Shown: in pieces, positions 50,151 through 60,244 of the stretch
How positions within the stretch are numbered: the stretch's first letter is position 1
Layout of the letters: each line of letters starts with the position of its first letter
NCBI GenBank assembly: GCA_019749875.1
Contig: JAIEPK010000479.1
Coordinates: 7,184-71,183, forward strand
Direction of reading: 5' to 3'
From: Candidatus Binatia bacterium
GTDB taxonomy: Bacteria; Desulfobacterota; Binatia; UBA12015
Length of the DNA stretch: 64,000 nt
Program-made: the position numbers and the translations under genes
Notes under the pieces: generated by a model
Seen by the model: only the letters and a program-made list of their open reading frames with translations
Told to the model about the DNA's origin: nothing
The model's database searches: none

Positions 50151-51542
50151 ATGGGTGACAGCTGTCCGGTCCACATAGGTGACAGCTTGCCCGATCCTGC
50201 TTCTTCCGTGTTCCTAATTCACCTCTTGCTTGATGGCGCTGCGAGTCCGATGCGGCGACAGAAGCGTTCTCTCACTTCACTCGCGCCCAGCACGTGACCG
50301 GTGGGCGAATCAGGCCGAGTTTGGAGCGTTCGTCTAGGAAGCCGAGCCGGACGGCTGCGAAGAAGACGTGGTGCATTTGGTTGGCCGTCTCGATGCCGAT
50401 CCATTCCCCTTCCAAGGCATGCCCGATCGTCACCATCGCGCTCTTCCAGCGGATGCGTCCGCTGGCCGCGACCTTTCGCATCTCGAAGTGCTCGGGGTAA
50501 TGCACGTCGGGCAGTCGGCGTGGGTACGATCGCGGGGATGGGCGGTAGCGCGACGACGGCGTCCCGTTTTGGAGAGCTTCGTGTGGCCGCTCCTCGTTGT
50601 ACTCTCGCTGGAACGCGTCGAATCGGAGCTGCTGGCGGCGCAGTGTGGCCGCAGGCGGACGAACGGTCTCTTGCTTGAGCGTGCGATGCATCCGCTCATG
50701 CCGTCCGTTCTGCTCGGGATGGCCGGGCTCGATGCGTTCGTGCCGAATTCCGAGCTTCACCCACCAGATCGAGAGCTGCGATAGTCCTCCCGCTCCACGG
50801 CTCGCGAATGGCGTACCGTTGTCCGTGCGGATGCGTTCGGGCAGACCGTACTCCCGAAACACATCCTCGAAAACCGGGCGGACGCGGATCGTCTTCGTCG
50901 ATCGAAGTGCCGTGCAGCGAAGCAGCGTGCGGCTGAAAGCATCGGTCACTGTGAGCGGATAGCATCGCCGCGCGTCGCCTGTCTTGAAGTCGCCCTTGAA
51001 GTCGGCACACCAGAGGCGATAGGGTTCGTCCGCCTCTGCAAAAGGATCCGTGTACGGAGGCGTTCGGCGTCGTGCCTGGCGGGCTCGTGAGCGAAGAGAG
51101 CGCTCACCGTGCTCGCGACTGGCAATTCGAGCCGTGGTTGCTTGACGGCGAGCCAGGCGAGAATCTCGCGCCCCCCCCAGTGCGGGTGCGAACGCCGCGC
51201 CTGGATCAACGCCTCGATGACAGCCGCATCGACCCTGCTCGGGTGCGTGATTGGCGCTCGCGAGCGATCTACGAGCCCGCTCGGCCCCTCTTCGTTGTAG
51301 CGAGCGACCCATTTGTAGGCCGTCTTGCGGCTCACACCGAACTGGCGAGCAAGCTCGCTCATCGGCTCCTCGCCCTTCATGTACGCACCGATCAGCACAA
51401 TTCGTTCGTCCACCCGTGACCGCTCCTTCCAGACCATCGATCGTTCCTCCCCGGAACGACCGAACCCGTCTGCCTTCAGCGTGTCACCTATGTGGGTCGG
51501 ACCGTTGTCGCCGATGTCGACCGGGCAGACTGTCACCCATGA
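50151..51542 (-). mobile_element. IS481-family insertion sequence (~1.39 kb) with imperfect terminal inverted repeats; transposase frameshifted
   Basis: Terminal repeats catgggtgacagctgtccggtccacataggtgaca (left) and tgtcacctatgtgggtcggacc...cagactgtcacccatg (right). The transposase N-terminus (HTH, ELARQFGVSRKTAYKWVARY) is in ORF 50946-51536. The DDE integrase core (LWCADFKGDF...TDNGTPFAS...HPEQNGRHERMHRTLK) is in ORF 50272-51312 in another frame. Confidence 0.7.
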
Positions 51543-52528
51543 TGCCGGGCGTTACCGGAATCAGTGATCGGCTCGCGCCGGAATCGGCGATCGGCTTGGG
51601 CCGGAACACGCCGACGCGAGTCCGCTGCCCGAGCGTGCCATCGTGTCCCTGACGGTCGTGAAGCCCATGTCGTCGCGATCGATCCCGTGGGCAGAGTTCA
51701 AGGGCTTTGACGCATGCGACACGATCGCTGCCACCAGCGTCGAGAACCTGATAATCACGACGGACTAACGGGCGCCTCGCTCTAGTCGACTCCTGCAACA
51801 TCGAGAATGGCTTCGCGCTCCGTCGACATCTTGACCTGCACGCGCTGCGGATCGCGTCAGACCCAGTCCGCGGCGGTTGCTCATGCCGCCGGCACGTCCT
51901 GGACTCGGCAGCTGACGCGGTCGGTCGTGCTCGGCGGTAGCCTCTGGCGCGGCGAGGGAGGAGGCACGTGGTCATCGACCGAGGAGACGGCGAGCGTATC
52001 CGAGACGCGGAGCGGCATCGCCGACATGGTAGAGCTGCCCGCACCGCCGGCGCGGCAAGACGTGCGGCGGGACGTCATCAAGCGGCTGCGCGCACTGCGA
52101 GCATCAAACGAGTGGCAGCGTGATCCGTCCTGCTTCCGCCAGCGGTTTGGCTTCGTGCTCATCGACCACACGAAGGCCTCCGCTCGAGCCGACGCTGAAT
52201 TCCAGCGTCGGCTCCGAGTCTAGAACTCCTTTGCACCAACTGGCGCAGGCTGATGCTGTGCTTGCAGTGCGGCAACATCTACGCCCCCTACCTGTACGGC
52301 GAGCTCGTCGCCGAAGGACGGCGACTCTACGAAGCGGGCGATCTTCGCACCGGGTCGCAACACCTCGACGAAACGCTTGCCGACTACGAGGAGCGCGTGC
52401 AGAACTTCGAGCCGCGCCTCTACCTTGCGACCTCGACCTCGTTCCTGCGCAAGACGCACGAACGAACGAGGTCGAGGAGCCCCACCGATTCGACGTCGAG
52501 CTCTCGACCCGAACGTGACAGAGCATCC

Positions 52529-52753
52529 TCAACTGCGTTTCATCTCACGCTCCAGCAGTTCGCGGATGAGCGCGCTCGCGTCAGGCCTTCCCCCTTCGGC
52601 GCCGACCAAGTCGAGCGCGCGCCGCCGGAGCCAGCTGTGCTGGTCGGGCGTCAGTAGGACCGTCACGGCGCGCAACCCCGATCGGCGCGACAAGCGCGCT
52701 TCCTGTCCCGAGACCTTACCCGTTGCCACTCCCCTCTTCCTCACCGTTGCCAT
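52529..52753 (-). CDS. Ribbon-helix-helix (CopG/ParG-like) DNA-binding protein
   Basis: 74 aa; VTVLLTPDQHSWLRRRALDLVGAEGG...ASALIRELLEREMK is typical of RHH fold proteins. Immediately downstream of the integrase. Confidence 0.5.
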   Translation of the reverse strand: MATVRKRGVATGKVSGQEARLSRRSGLRAVTVLLTPDQHSWLRRRALDLVGAEGGRPDASALIRELLEREMKRS

Positions 52754-52776
52754 GGTCTTCCTGCGCCTCGTCGCCG

Positions 52777-53817
52777 TTAGCTCGCGGCTCCACACCTCCT
52801 ATACGGCACGACCAACATCGCTGCAGCCTTCCGTTTGGCGGTCTCTCCTCGATGGTCGTAGCGCGCGGTCGTCGTGAGGCTCGCGTGTCCGGCGAGGCGC
52901 TGTACGAGGGCGAGGTCGACCCCCGCCTCGAGCAGGTCCGTGATGAAGGTTCGCCGCAGGTCATGCGGGGAAAAGCGCCGCCCGCCTGCAGCCACGCGTC
53001 GGCGATCGAGCGCCGCATAGATCGCCTGATCGGTCATCCCACGGAGCTCGAGGCGCCCTCCCTTCCGGACGCGGACGAACAGCCGGCCGGGGCCCATACC
53101 CCGCACGACGAGCCAGTCATCGAGCGCTGCCGCGGTGCCTCCGAGCGCGTAGACGACCCGCTCCTTGCGCCCTTTGCCGACTCGCACCCGGAGCTCGCCC
53201 GTGACGCGCGCGTAGTCGGATACATCGAGTCCGGCAGCCTCCGATCGCCGAAGGCCGCAGCCCACGAGGACCGCCAAGATCGCAGCGTCTCGGGCTCCTG
53301 CGGGCGTCCTGTCGTTGCCGCAGCATGCGAACAGCGCCTCGACCTCCTCGCGCGCGAGTCGCCGGCCGCGTGGCAGTTGGCTCCCTGTGACGAGCGCGAT
53401 GTCAGCCGCCTGCTGGTACTCCTCGGCTGTCATCTGACCGAGCCGCCATGCTTCGCGCAGCACTCCGCGGAGAGCCGCGATGAAGCGGTTCGCGGTTGCG
53501 CGGGCGCGCCGCTGCTCGATCAGCAGCGCGCGCACTCCGCTCGTTTGCCGGTACCGGAGCGAAGCCCACGGGATCATGTCCACGTCGTGGCTGCCACCCG
53601 AGAGCATGCGCGCGATCTCGGCAAGCGTCGCCCCCATTACACGCCGCGATGCGGGCGAGGTGAGCTGATGGAGGTAGACGCGGGCTGCGTTGGGGGTGGC
53701 CGGCGGATCCGGACAACCCGCGAGCGGTGAGCGATCGAGGCTCAGCGCCTGGGGCGACGTGGGACCTTGCTTCTTATCACGTTCGCAAAGTCCCACTTCC
53801 AAGGATTGTGCGCCCAC
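52777..53817 (-). CDS. Tyrosine-type site-specific recombinase/integrase
   Basis: Catalytic R..HDLRRTF..LGHASLTTTARYDH with Tyr in TARY. N-terminal SAM-like domain. Probable GTG start. Confidence 0.85.
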   Translation of the reverse strand: MGAQSLEVGLCERDKKQGPTSPQALSLDRSPLAGCPDPPATPNAARVYLHQLTSPASRRVMGATLAEIARMLSGGSHDVDMIPWASLRYRQTSGVRALLIEQRRARATANRFIAALRGVLREAWRLGQMTAEEYQQAADIALVTGSQLPRGRRLAREEVEALFACCGNDRTPAGARDAAILAVLVGCGLRRSEAAGLDVSDYARVTGELRVRVGKGRKERVVYALGGTAAALDDWLVVRGMGPGRLFVRVRKGGRLELRGMTDQAIYAALDRRRVAAGGRRFSPHDLRRTFITDLLEAGVDLALVQRLAGHASLTTTARYDHRGETAKRKAAAMLVVPYRRCGAAS

Positions 53818-54086
53818 GCCGCCATCATGTCAATACGTACGTACATCAATACAACAAGACTGTGATCACTTTCGCAAACGAGTGTTTTCATAAACGATCG
53901 GACCTGGCGGTAGCGCTTGGGCGGCTGTCCGGCTCGTCGCTGGCGATCAAAACCGGCCAACGAGGTGTCCACCAAATCCGCGGCGGACTCGACGTAGCTC
54001 GTACCGGCCGCACAGCGACGGCGAGTGTCTGCCAGTCGATCAACGCGAGCGCGGAATCACGAGCTTCTCCCGACGTACTCCGGCGC

Positions 54087-56606
54087 TCAGACCGCGATGA
54101 CCACTGGCACCTCGACGCGCGGTTCGATGACCTCGTAGACGCCCGGACCGAAGACGGAGACGATGAGCGAGAAGCGCATAACCTGCTCCTTCAGGTGGCG
54201 GCGCTGATCCCACCACCCGAGCACCGGGATGACTGCGAGGAGCTTGTCCCCGGCGAGCTCGGACATCTTGCCGCGCCACCGGTCGCTCTGGACCGTGCCG
54301 CGACTTCGAAGCTGCACGCCAAGATCCCACGGAAAGGACTTCGTGACGGCCACCTTCTGTCGCTTTCCATCTGGTCCCGTGGGGCGTTTCAGGGCGTTGA
54401 TGCGCTGCAAGAACGCGCTCTCCGATTCCTGTGGCCCCTGCATGTCCCACTTGAGATCGAGCCCGTGGAAGACGGTTCGTCCAAACTTGTTCGGCTCGGT
54501 GAAGTACGAGAGCGTCACGCGAAGCTCGACGTCGGGGTCGGTGTCGCCGAGCTGCTCGTTCGGGATCGGGAGACGAAAGACCATTAGCTTCCGCCGCAGC
54601 TTGGGTTCCGTCGTCCTCGTCGTGGGGCGCTTGGGCGGTTTCTTCTTCGGCTCGTCCTCGATCACCCCGTTCGGCATCGCATCCTCGACGACGACGGTCG
54701 CGCGCTCCTGGGCGCACTCGGATGCGAGCCGCTCGTCGGGCACACCGTATCCACAGGCCAGGACGCGATCGTTCATCCCACCGAACTGCTGAATCATCTC
54801 CTGGGTCCAGCTCGCCGAGTGCACGATGAGCCCGCGTATTGTCTCTGGCTGGAGCTTGGGCTCGACCGCCCAGATGCGCGCGGCGAGGTGGGCAGCTCGA
54901 GCGGTGGCTTCGCTCGTCATGGAGATCTGTCCAAGCGGTTGCCCGAGGGTATGCCGATGGCTCGTGGTCAGCGCGCTCAACGTCGGAACGCTCGCGTCTG
55001 GCAACGAACCCGAAATCGCCAGATTCCCGCCCTCCATCACGACATCCGGCTTGATCGGCCACTCGTTTCCAGCGAGCCCCGTGCTCGTGAACGGCGAGAT
55101 GCCACCTGGGCGCCTCGCTACGAGCTGCGCTTCCGCGTAGTCCTCCGAGGCCGGAAGCTCGACTCGAGCGGTGAACGCGCCCACCGTCAACGCGTTCGCT
55201 GCCTGAGCGGGTTGATGGATCTTCTCCGAGAGTTGAAGCTGCGGATGCTGCTCCGCGAGCGCCAGCCACAGCTCGTACCTGGCGTTTCCCGCGGAGACGA
55301 CAATCAGGCGCCCGTGGCCCTCGTGATGGGCGATTTGATCGATGGCGTGGCTCCAGAGCGTCGGTACCAGACCCTGCAGCGGCGGCTCCTGCATCGTTCT
55401 CGTGATCGCGAGGGCGAACACTCGACCGCGCGGGCGAGGATCGGCGTCCTCGGCCGAACGAACCGCTCCGAGCGTGAGGACCGGCCATTTCTCGTAGTTG
55501 TCATCCGACGCGGTGCCTTCGCCGGGCTGGACGAGCAGGCGGCTGCTCTGGAGCCAGTGCATCGCCGAGGCGCCGCCACGCTCAATCGCCGCGCCGAGAT
55601 CGCGGTAGAGGGCCACGCCAGCCATCTTCGTACCATGGCCGTGCGTATCTTCGGGCGATGGGATCAGATCGCCCGCCGTTGTCGCAGAGAGGATCGCCGG
55701 CTTCAGCAGCGGGTGGCCGGTTGCGATGCCCGTGTCGAGAATGACGACCGCGGGCGCGTCCGCGTCCGGCGCCTGCAAGAAGAAGTCCTTCACGTCCTTC
55801 GTGGTGACGTCCTCGAGCAGCCGGAGATCTCGCAGCGGCGGCGGAGCGAGCTCCACCTCGTAGATGCAGTCCGTCGCGGCACGCAGCGCTTCGAGCTGCG
55901 GCTGCGTGAGTCTCACGAAGAAGTAGACCTGCTCCGGCCCGATGAATTCATCGAGCCGCTCGTGGGGTGCACCCGCCCGGTACAGTTGACGAGCGATCTG
56001 CGCGCGGCTCTCTTCTGTCTCGGAGAGCGGACGGCGATAGCCACCGCGACAAGCGACCTCGAACCAGTACGGGCGATCGGCGACGAGGGCTTCCGCTCGA
56101 AGGCGCGGTCCACGCATGTCGTCGAGCTGGGCCAGGCCGATCGCGTCAACGGGGGCAATCGCGCGTTCCTTGTCACGATGGACGGTCGTGGTCCCGTCCT
56201 TCTCGGTCTTGCTTCGTGAGCGCGCATCATCGCCGAAGGCATCGACCTTGTCGCGAAGGTAGCCGAGGTGCGGTTTGGCGACGTCCAGAAGAACGGTACC
56301 TGTCTCCTGAACCACACCGATGAGGCGAGCATCTTCCCGGACGTCGTCGAGCTGCTCGGGTGTCAGCTTCGTGCCGGGCGAAGGGTGCACTGCGACGATC
56401 TCACGAGTCGCCAACTCGTCACGAGCAGTCTCCGCGCGCCCCTGAACCTGGCGCTCGATCGTGTCGAGCTGGGCGACGAGGCGAGCCCTAAGCGCCTGTG
56501 GATCGAGAGACGGGAGTTTCGGTGGTGCGCCGCCGCGCTGCGGCGCCTCGTAGGTGTCGACCGCGGAGACACGTCCGCGAAGAAGCGGTAGTCGCTCTTC
56601 GGCCAT
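54087..56606 (-). CDS. S8 family subtilisin-like serine peptidase with long N- and C-terminal extensions (839 aa)
   Basis: Catalytic Asp in VVILDTGIATGHP and His in HGHGTKMAG. Oxyanion Asn in VVSAGN. Probable Ser in ISMTSEATARAAHLAA. About 270 aa of extension before and ~250 aa after the core. Confidence 0.85.
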   Translation of the reverse strand: MAEERLPLLRGRVSAVDTYEAPQRGGAPPKLPSLDPQALRARLVAQLDTIERQVQGRAETARDELATREIVAVHPSPGTKLTPEQLDDVREDARLIGVVQETGTVLLDVAKPHLGYLRDKVDAFGDDARSRSKTEKDGTTTVHRDKERAIAPVDAIGLAQLDDMRGPRLRAEALVADRPYWFEVACRGGYRRPLSETEESRAQIARQLYRAGAPHERLDEFIGPEQVYFFVRLTQPQLEALRAATDCIYEVELAPPPLRDLRLLEDVTTKDVKDFFLQAPDADAPAVVILDTGIATGHPLLKPAILSATTAGDLIPSPEDTHGHGTKMAGVALYRDLGAAIERGGASAMHWLQSSRLLVQPGEGTASDDNYEKWPVLTLGAVRSAEDADPRPRGRVFALAITRTMQEPPLQGLVPTLWSHAIDQIAHHEGHGRLIVVSAGNARYELWLALAEQHPQLQLSEKIHQPAQAANALTVGAFTARVELPASEDYAEAQLVARRPGGISPFTSTGLAGNEWPIKPDVVMEGGNLAISGSLPDASVPTLSALTTSHRHTLGQPLGQISMTSEATARAAHLAARIWAVEPKLQPETIRGLIVHSASWTQEMIQQFGGMNDRVLACGYGVPDERLASECAQERATVVVEDAMPNGVIEDEPKKKPPKRPTTRTTEPKLRRKLMVFRLPIPNEQLGDTDPDVELRVTLSYFTEPNKFGRTVFHGLDLKWDMQGPQESESAFLQRINALKRPTGPDGKRQKVAVTKSFPWDLGVQLRSRGTVQSDRWRGKMSELAGDKLLAVIPVLGWWDQRRHLKEQVMRFSLIVSVFGPGVYEVIEPRVEVPVVIAV

Positions 56607-56609
56607 GGA

Positions 56610-57593
56610 TCACCCCCTGGCCGGCAACTCGCGTCGCTTCAGCTCCTCGAGGGCGTGGACAACATCGTGTTCGCTGATCTCTTCGCGGTCGTCGAGAGCC
56701 ATCGTCCGAACCGAGTCGTCGCACGCCCGCACGACATCCGCGAAGCTCCAGCCATCCGCTTGTGAGGCGAGCTGCTCCGCCTGTGCCTCCGTCAGCCCGA
56801 TCGTTCCCAAGCGCAAGTTGAGGAGGTCGACGATCTGGTCTCGCGTCGGCCTCTCGAAGGGGACGATCACGTCGAACCTACGGAACACCGCGCGGTCGAG
56901 CAGCTCGACGTGGTTCGTGGCGGCCACGAGAATGCTCCCGCTGACGTCCGCGTCGACGAGCTGAAGGAACGCTGTGACGACACGATTCATCTCACCGACG
57001 TCCTGCGAGTCACCTCGGGCCTTCGCGACTGAATCGAACTCGTCAAAGAGATAGACACCGGGGCGACGCGGCATCTCGGCAAAGATCGCCCGCAGCTGAA
57101 CCGCCGTCGCGCCCAGGAAACGCGAAAAGAGTGCGTCGAAGCGCACGGTCATCAGCGGAAGACCCATCTCGCCGGCGAGCACAGCCGCCGCCAGCGTCTT
57201 CCCGCAACCCGGAGCACCGTGGAACAGTAAACGGCGCCTTGGCGAGACCCCAAACCGTTCGAGGCGACTGCGCGACCGATTCTCTGAGATCACCCTGAGC
57301 AGAAGATCGCGAACGTCGGCCCGCAAGACGATGTCGCGCAGCCGCTCGTCGCGATGTCCGCCCTCGAGGATGTCCGCAAGCTCGCCACGAGGGCTGGCGA
57401 TGTCGACGATGGGGCCAGGCTTCCGAGCACCAGCCGCGGGCATCTTCGCGACGATCGCTCGGATCTCATCGGCAACTCGGACGTGGCCGGCAGTGCTCTC
57501 GGCCGCGGCAAGTTGCAACGCGGCCTTTCGAAACGACGACTCGTCGCCCTCGGCATGCGACTGTAGCAGCACCTTGAGGATGTCCGCCTTCAT
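56610..57593 (-). CDS. AAA+ ATPase (classical AAA, SpoVK/CbbX-like single-domain) with ~110-aa N-terminal domain
   Basis: Walker A LLFHGAPGCGKT, Walker B VYLFDEFD, sensor-1 ILVAATN, Arg finger LDRAVFRRFD. Start MKADILKV, with an AAGGGAAG RBS. The ATG overlaps the upstream TGA (ATGA). Confidence 0.85.
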   Translation of the reverse strand: MKADILKVLLQSHAEGDESSFRKAALQLAAAESTAGHVRVADEIRAIVAKMPAAGARKPGPIVDIASPRGELADILEGGHRDERLRDIVLRADVRDLLLRVISENRSRSRLERFGVSPRRRLLFHGAPGCGKTLAAAVLAGEMGLPLMTVRFDALFSRFLGATAVQLRAIFAEMPRRPGVYLFDEFDSVAKARGDSQDVGEMNRVVTAFLQLVDADVSGSILVAATNHVELLDRAVFRRFDVIVPFERPTRDQIVDLLNLRLGTIGLTEAQAEQLASQADGWSFADVVRACDDSVRTMALDDREEISEHDVVHALEELKRRELPARG

Positions 57594-57799
57594 CTCGCTG
57601 CTTCCCTTGGCGCGAGAATCTGCCGCCTCAGGTTCAGGACTAGTTTTCGCTGATAGAGCCGGTACCCGTTCATCGGGTGCCGGCGGGCACGCAGCTTGCC
57701 GGCCTTGTCCCACCGCCGAAGGGTCTGCTCGCTGACGCCCAGCAGCTCGGCTGCAGCCTTGATCGTGAGAACGTCGGGGACTGTCGCTTCGCGGGCCAC
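57590..57799 (-). CDS. Excisionase/AlpA-like MerR-superfamily HTH DNA-binding protein (start uncertain)
   Basis: LTIKAAAELLGVSEQTLRRWDKAGKLRARRHPMNGYRLYQRKLV matches the HTH_17/Xis pattern. Possible GTG start at 57799; the longer ORF runs to 57931. The stop overlaps the AAA ATPase start. Confidence 0.55.
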   Translation of the reverse strand: MAREATVPDVLTIKAAAELLGVSEQTLRRWDKAGKLRARRHPMNGYRLYQRKLVLNLRRQILAPREAAR

Positions 57800-58278
57800 T
57801 CGCGCGAGGGCTATACAACCTTGATCATGGACGCAAGATCTCGTCGGGCTCTCGTGGCGTGTGGCTCCCGGGAGGATCCTCTGAGGATCTTCCCGGAGTC
57901 GCCACCTGAGCGGCCGATCGCGGTGTGCCACTCGGCGTCGCTCAAGAGTGGGCTCTGCGGCTCGCCGTACCTCTGCTCGTTGGCTGCGTGCTCTTCATGC
58001 CGCTCATCAAGTATCTCGAGCTGTTACGCCGTGGTGCGAATGGCTCTCGCGGGAGGCCCCTGACGAGGCCGACGGCAAGTCTCTCGCCCCGACTCGGCAT
58101 TTGACCTCGTCGCCGCGACAGCGAGCATGCCGGCGTTGGATTCCCGGACCGAGAACCCCTTGACCAGATCGCTGACAAGGATCAACCGCGGCGAGCGCTG
58201 CTCCCACCTTCAGGCGGCCGACCGGCACGGGGATCTCGGGCGGGGGAGCCGGGCGCAACAGCCGACGAGGGTCGACCT

Positions 58279-58440
58279 CTAGAGAGCGGCCGCGATGCTG
58301 ACCAGCATCGCGAGGGACAGGGTCGTCCGCGCCCGCTCGACCTCCTGAATGGACCGTGGGCAACCTGCGCCTCGCGAGCCAGCTGCTCTTGCGTCACGCC
58401 GCGCCGCTCGCGGAGCCGACGAACGTTCGTCGCCCAAGGA
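58279..58440 (-). pseudogene. XRE-family HTH gene disrupted by a frameshift
   Basis: Frame 3 gives NVRRLRERRGVTQEQLAREAQV. Frame 2 gives AGCPRSIQEVERARTTLSLAMLVSIAAAL. Together they reconstruct a Cro/C1-type HTH (ELA..AGVSRS.IS.IERG...L..L..IA.AL) split by a 1-nt shift near gaggcgcaggttgcc. Confidence 0.35.
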
Positions 58441-58478
58441 ACGCGCCCATCTTCCCGTCGATCCGTCCGTCGATCCGT

Positions 58479-58973
58479 TCACAGCGCCTCGATGAACAGC
58501 CGCGGATCTATTCCAAAGAGCTGGGCCAACTCCAGTGCAGCGGTATGGAACGCCTCGCCGTGCTCATCAGGCTCAAAATGTCGGTGCAGCGTACGGTCCG
58601 CCGCAAGAGCTGCGCCTTCCGGGGTGACATTACCGGCAACGATTTTGTCCTCGTACTCGTGCACGAACTCGTGATGGAGATCGCGCTCCCAGATAGGATA
58701 GCCATCGGGAGGAGGCGTCGAAGGAAGGTCCGTCGTTGAAGGAGTGGCCGGCACCTGGTCGAGGTCGAGGCCCGTCGCTATCCCAAGGATGATCTCATTC
58801 CTGCTCGATCGGTAACCCGACGTGATCGCGGCGTCGAGGACCAGCAGCGTCGCCTTCACACGACCCGCGCCACGGCTCCCTATGGCCTTGTCCCACATTC
58901 GGTCGTATCGCTTCCGTACGCTGGCAAGCTTGTCAGCGGGAATGAACGGATACCCATACGCGCTCGTTCGCAT
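58479..58973 (-). CDS. Hypothetical protein with HExxH motif (possible small Zn-metallopeptidase, ImmA/IrrE-like)
   Basis: 164 aa from MRTSAYGYPF, with a GGAGTGGAGG RBS upstream. Contains DLHHEFVHEYED, i.e. HEFVH. No confident family. Confidence 0.45.
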   Translation of the reverse strand: MRTSAYGYPFIPADKLASVRKRYDRMWDKAIGSRGAGRVKATLLVLDAAITSGYRSSRNEIILGIATGLDLDQVPATPSTTDLPSTPPPDGYPIWERDLHHEFVHEYEDKIVAGNVTPEGAALAADRTLHRHFEPDEHGEAFHTAALELAQLFGIDPRLFIEAL

Positions 58974-59857
58974 CAACCTCCACTCCCCGAAGCGCGCGCG
59001 TAGGCCTGTCGCGTCCCCCTCGGACGCGCTCACCACGAGCCCCTTGCTCCGACCGACCACTCAGCCCGGCCTACTCCGAATACTGCGGCAGAGTGGTCGC
59101 TGGTTGCGTACCGCATCAACGCAATAGTTGGCAAGCGAATTCTCCTCATCCTCCCCTGTTCGCAGGCTCTAGTACGAGGTCTGGGTCATCGCGACCCTTC
59201 CCGTTTCTCGAGATGAACGCACTTCCTCCCTTGCTTGACTCACAGTGTTGGGCTGCAGCCGCAACCGTCGATAGCGGCAGCTCGGTATTCTCGGGAGCGC
59301 CGGATCGACCGATCGGCACGTTCGGGCTGAACCACGGTCGCGTCGAGAGTCGCATCCAGAATGGCGGGACAGCTCGTCTGCGAACACGCGTCGAGATACT
59401 CAAAGGTTCCCTTGCCCTCGAGGTGGAGGGTCGGCTCTGCAGCGCTTGCCGCGCCTATCCTTCCCAGGCACACGACGACGCTCACAATAGCGACCAGGTC
59501 GGCCGTCCAGCGGTACATGGCGGCGGCTATCGCGCGACGGTCCACCCTGATCAAGTCGCCAAATCATGTGCTGCTCGCGTGTTGCCCTCAGCAGCGCTGT
59601 GTGGTCGACGATCGGTGCCAGCCAGTACGCTCGATCGACGCCTTCGCGCTGTAGGTCGGCATTCGGGAGGAAGCGTCCCTCGGGACGAACGTTCCGCCGC
59701 AGTCGGCGTTTCATCCCGCGTGATGCCCCGACGCTGAAACCCGACGACAGCGGCGATCTTTATTCCTCGGCGCGTTCATCTTCTCGCGATGACGTATCAC
59801 CACCGCGGTCGCCCGACTTCTCGAGGACCTCGCGTCACGGCCGAGCAGTGAGCTGGG

Positions 59858-60244
59858 CTATGCGTGCGCGAACCTGGCCACGATGAAGCCGGTGAGTAAC
59901 AGCGCGCCGACCCACAGCAGGACGATCACCACGGCTGCCGCGGTGCTCACTGGCCGGCCGTTCGCGAACGCCTCGCCTGCGCGCGCCCGGCAGTCCTCCA
60001 TGATCTCGGCCGGAACGAGGCGGACAGCGAGCGCGATCCCGAGCGGGACAAGAAGCAGGTCGTCGACGTAGCCGAGCACTGGGACGAAGTCGGGGATGAG
60101 ATCGATCGGGCTGAGCGCGTAGGCAGCCACGACGGCGACGAACACCTTCGCGTACCACGGGGTGCCGGGGTGGCGCGCTGCCAAGTAGAGCGCAAGCGTC
60201 TCGTGCTTGAGGGCTCGGATGCGCTCTCTCCAGGATTGCTGCAT
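59858..60244 (-). CDS. DUF1232 (YkvA-like) membrane protein
   Basis: [44 protein letters not shown] is the DUF1232 signature. Confidence 0.65.
   Translation of the reverse strand: MQQSWRERIRALKHETLALYLAARHPGTPWYAKVFVAVVAAYALSPIDLIPDFVPVLGYVDDLLLVPLGIALAVRLVPAEIMEDCRARAGEAFANGRPVSTAAAVVIVLLWVGALLLTGFIVARFAHA

Noticed and set aside
51807-52657. Plus-strand ORFs 51807-52223 and 52253-52657 (the latter starts MLCLQCGNIYAPYLYGELVAEGRRLYEAGD, which is not Arg-rich)
   Set aside because: They are possibly real small genes between the IS nest and the RHH gene. However, there is no motif, no RBS evidence, and partial overlap with the RHH gene on the other strand, which is too weak to call.
59240-59518. 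Small minus-strand ORF with a signal-peptide-like start (MYRWTADLVAIVSVVVCLGRIGAASAA)
   Set aside because: It is plausible, but it is short and anonymous, and it sits in a region of dense overlapping ORFs, so it is left unannotated.
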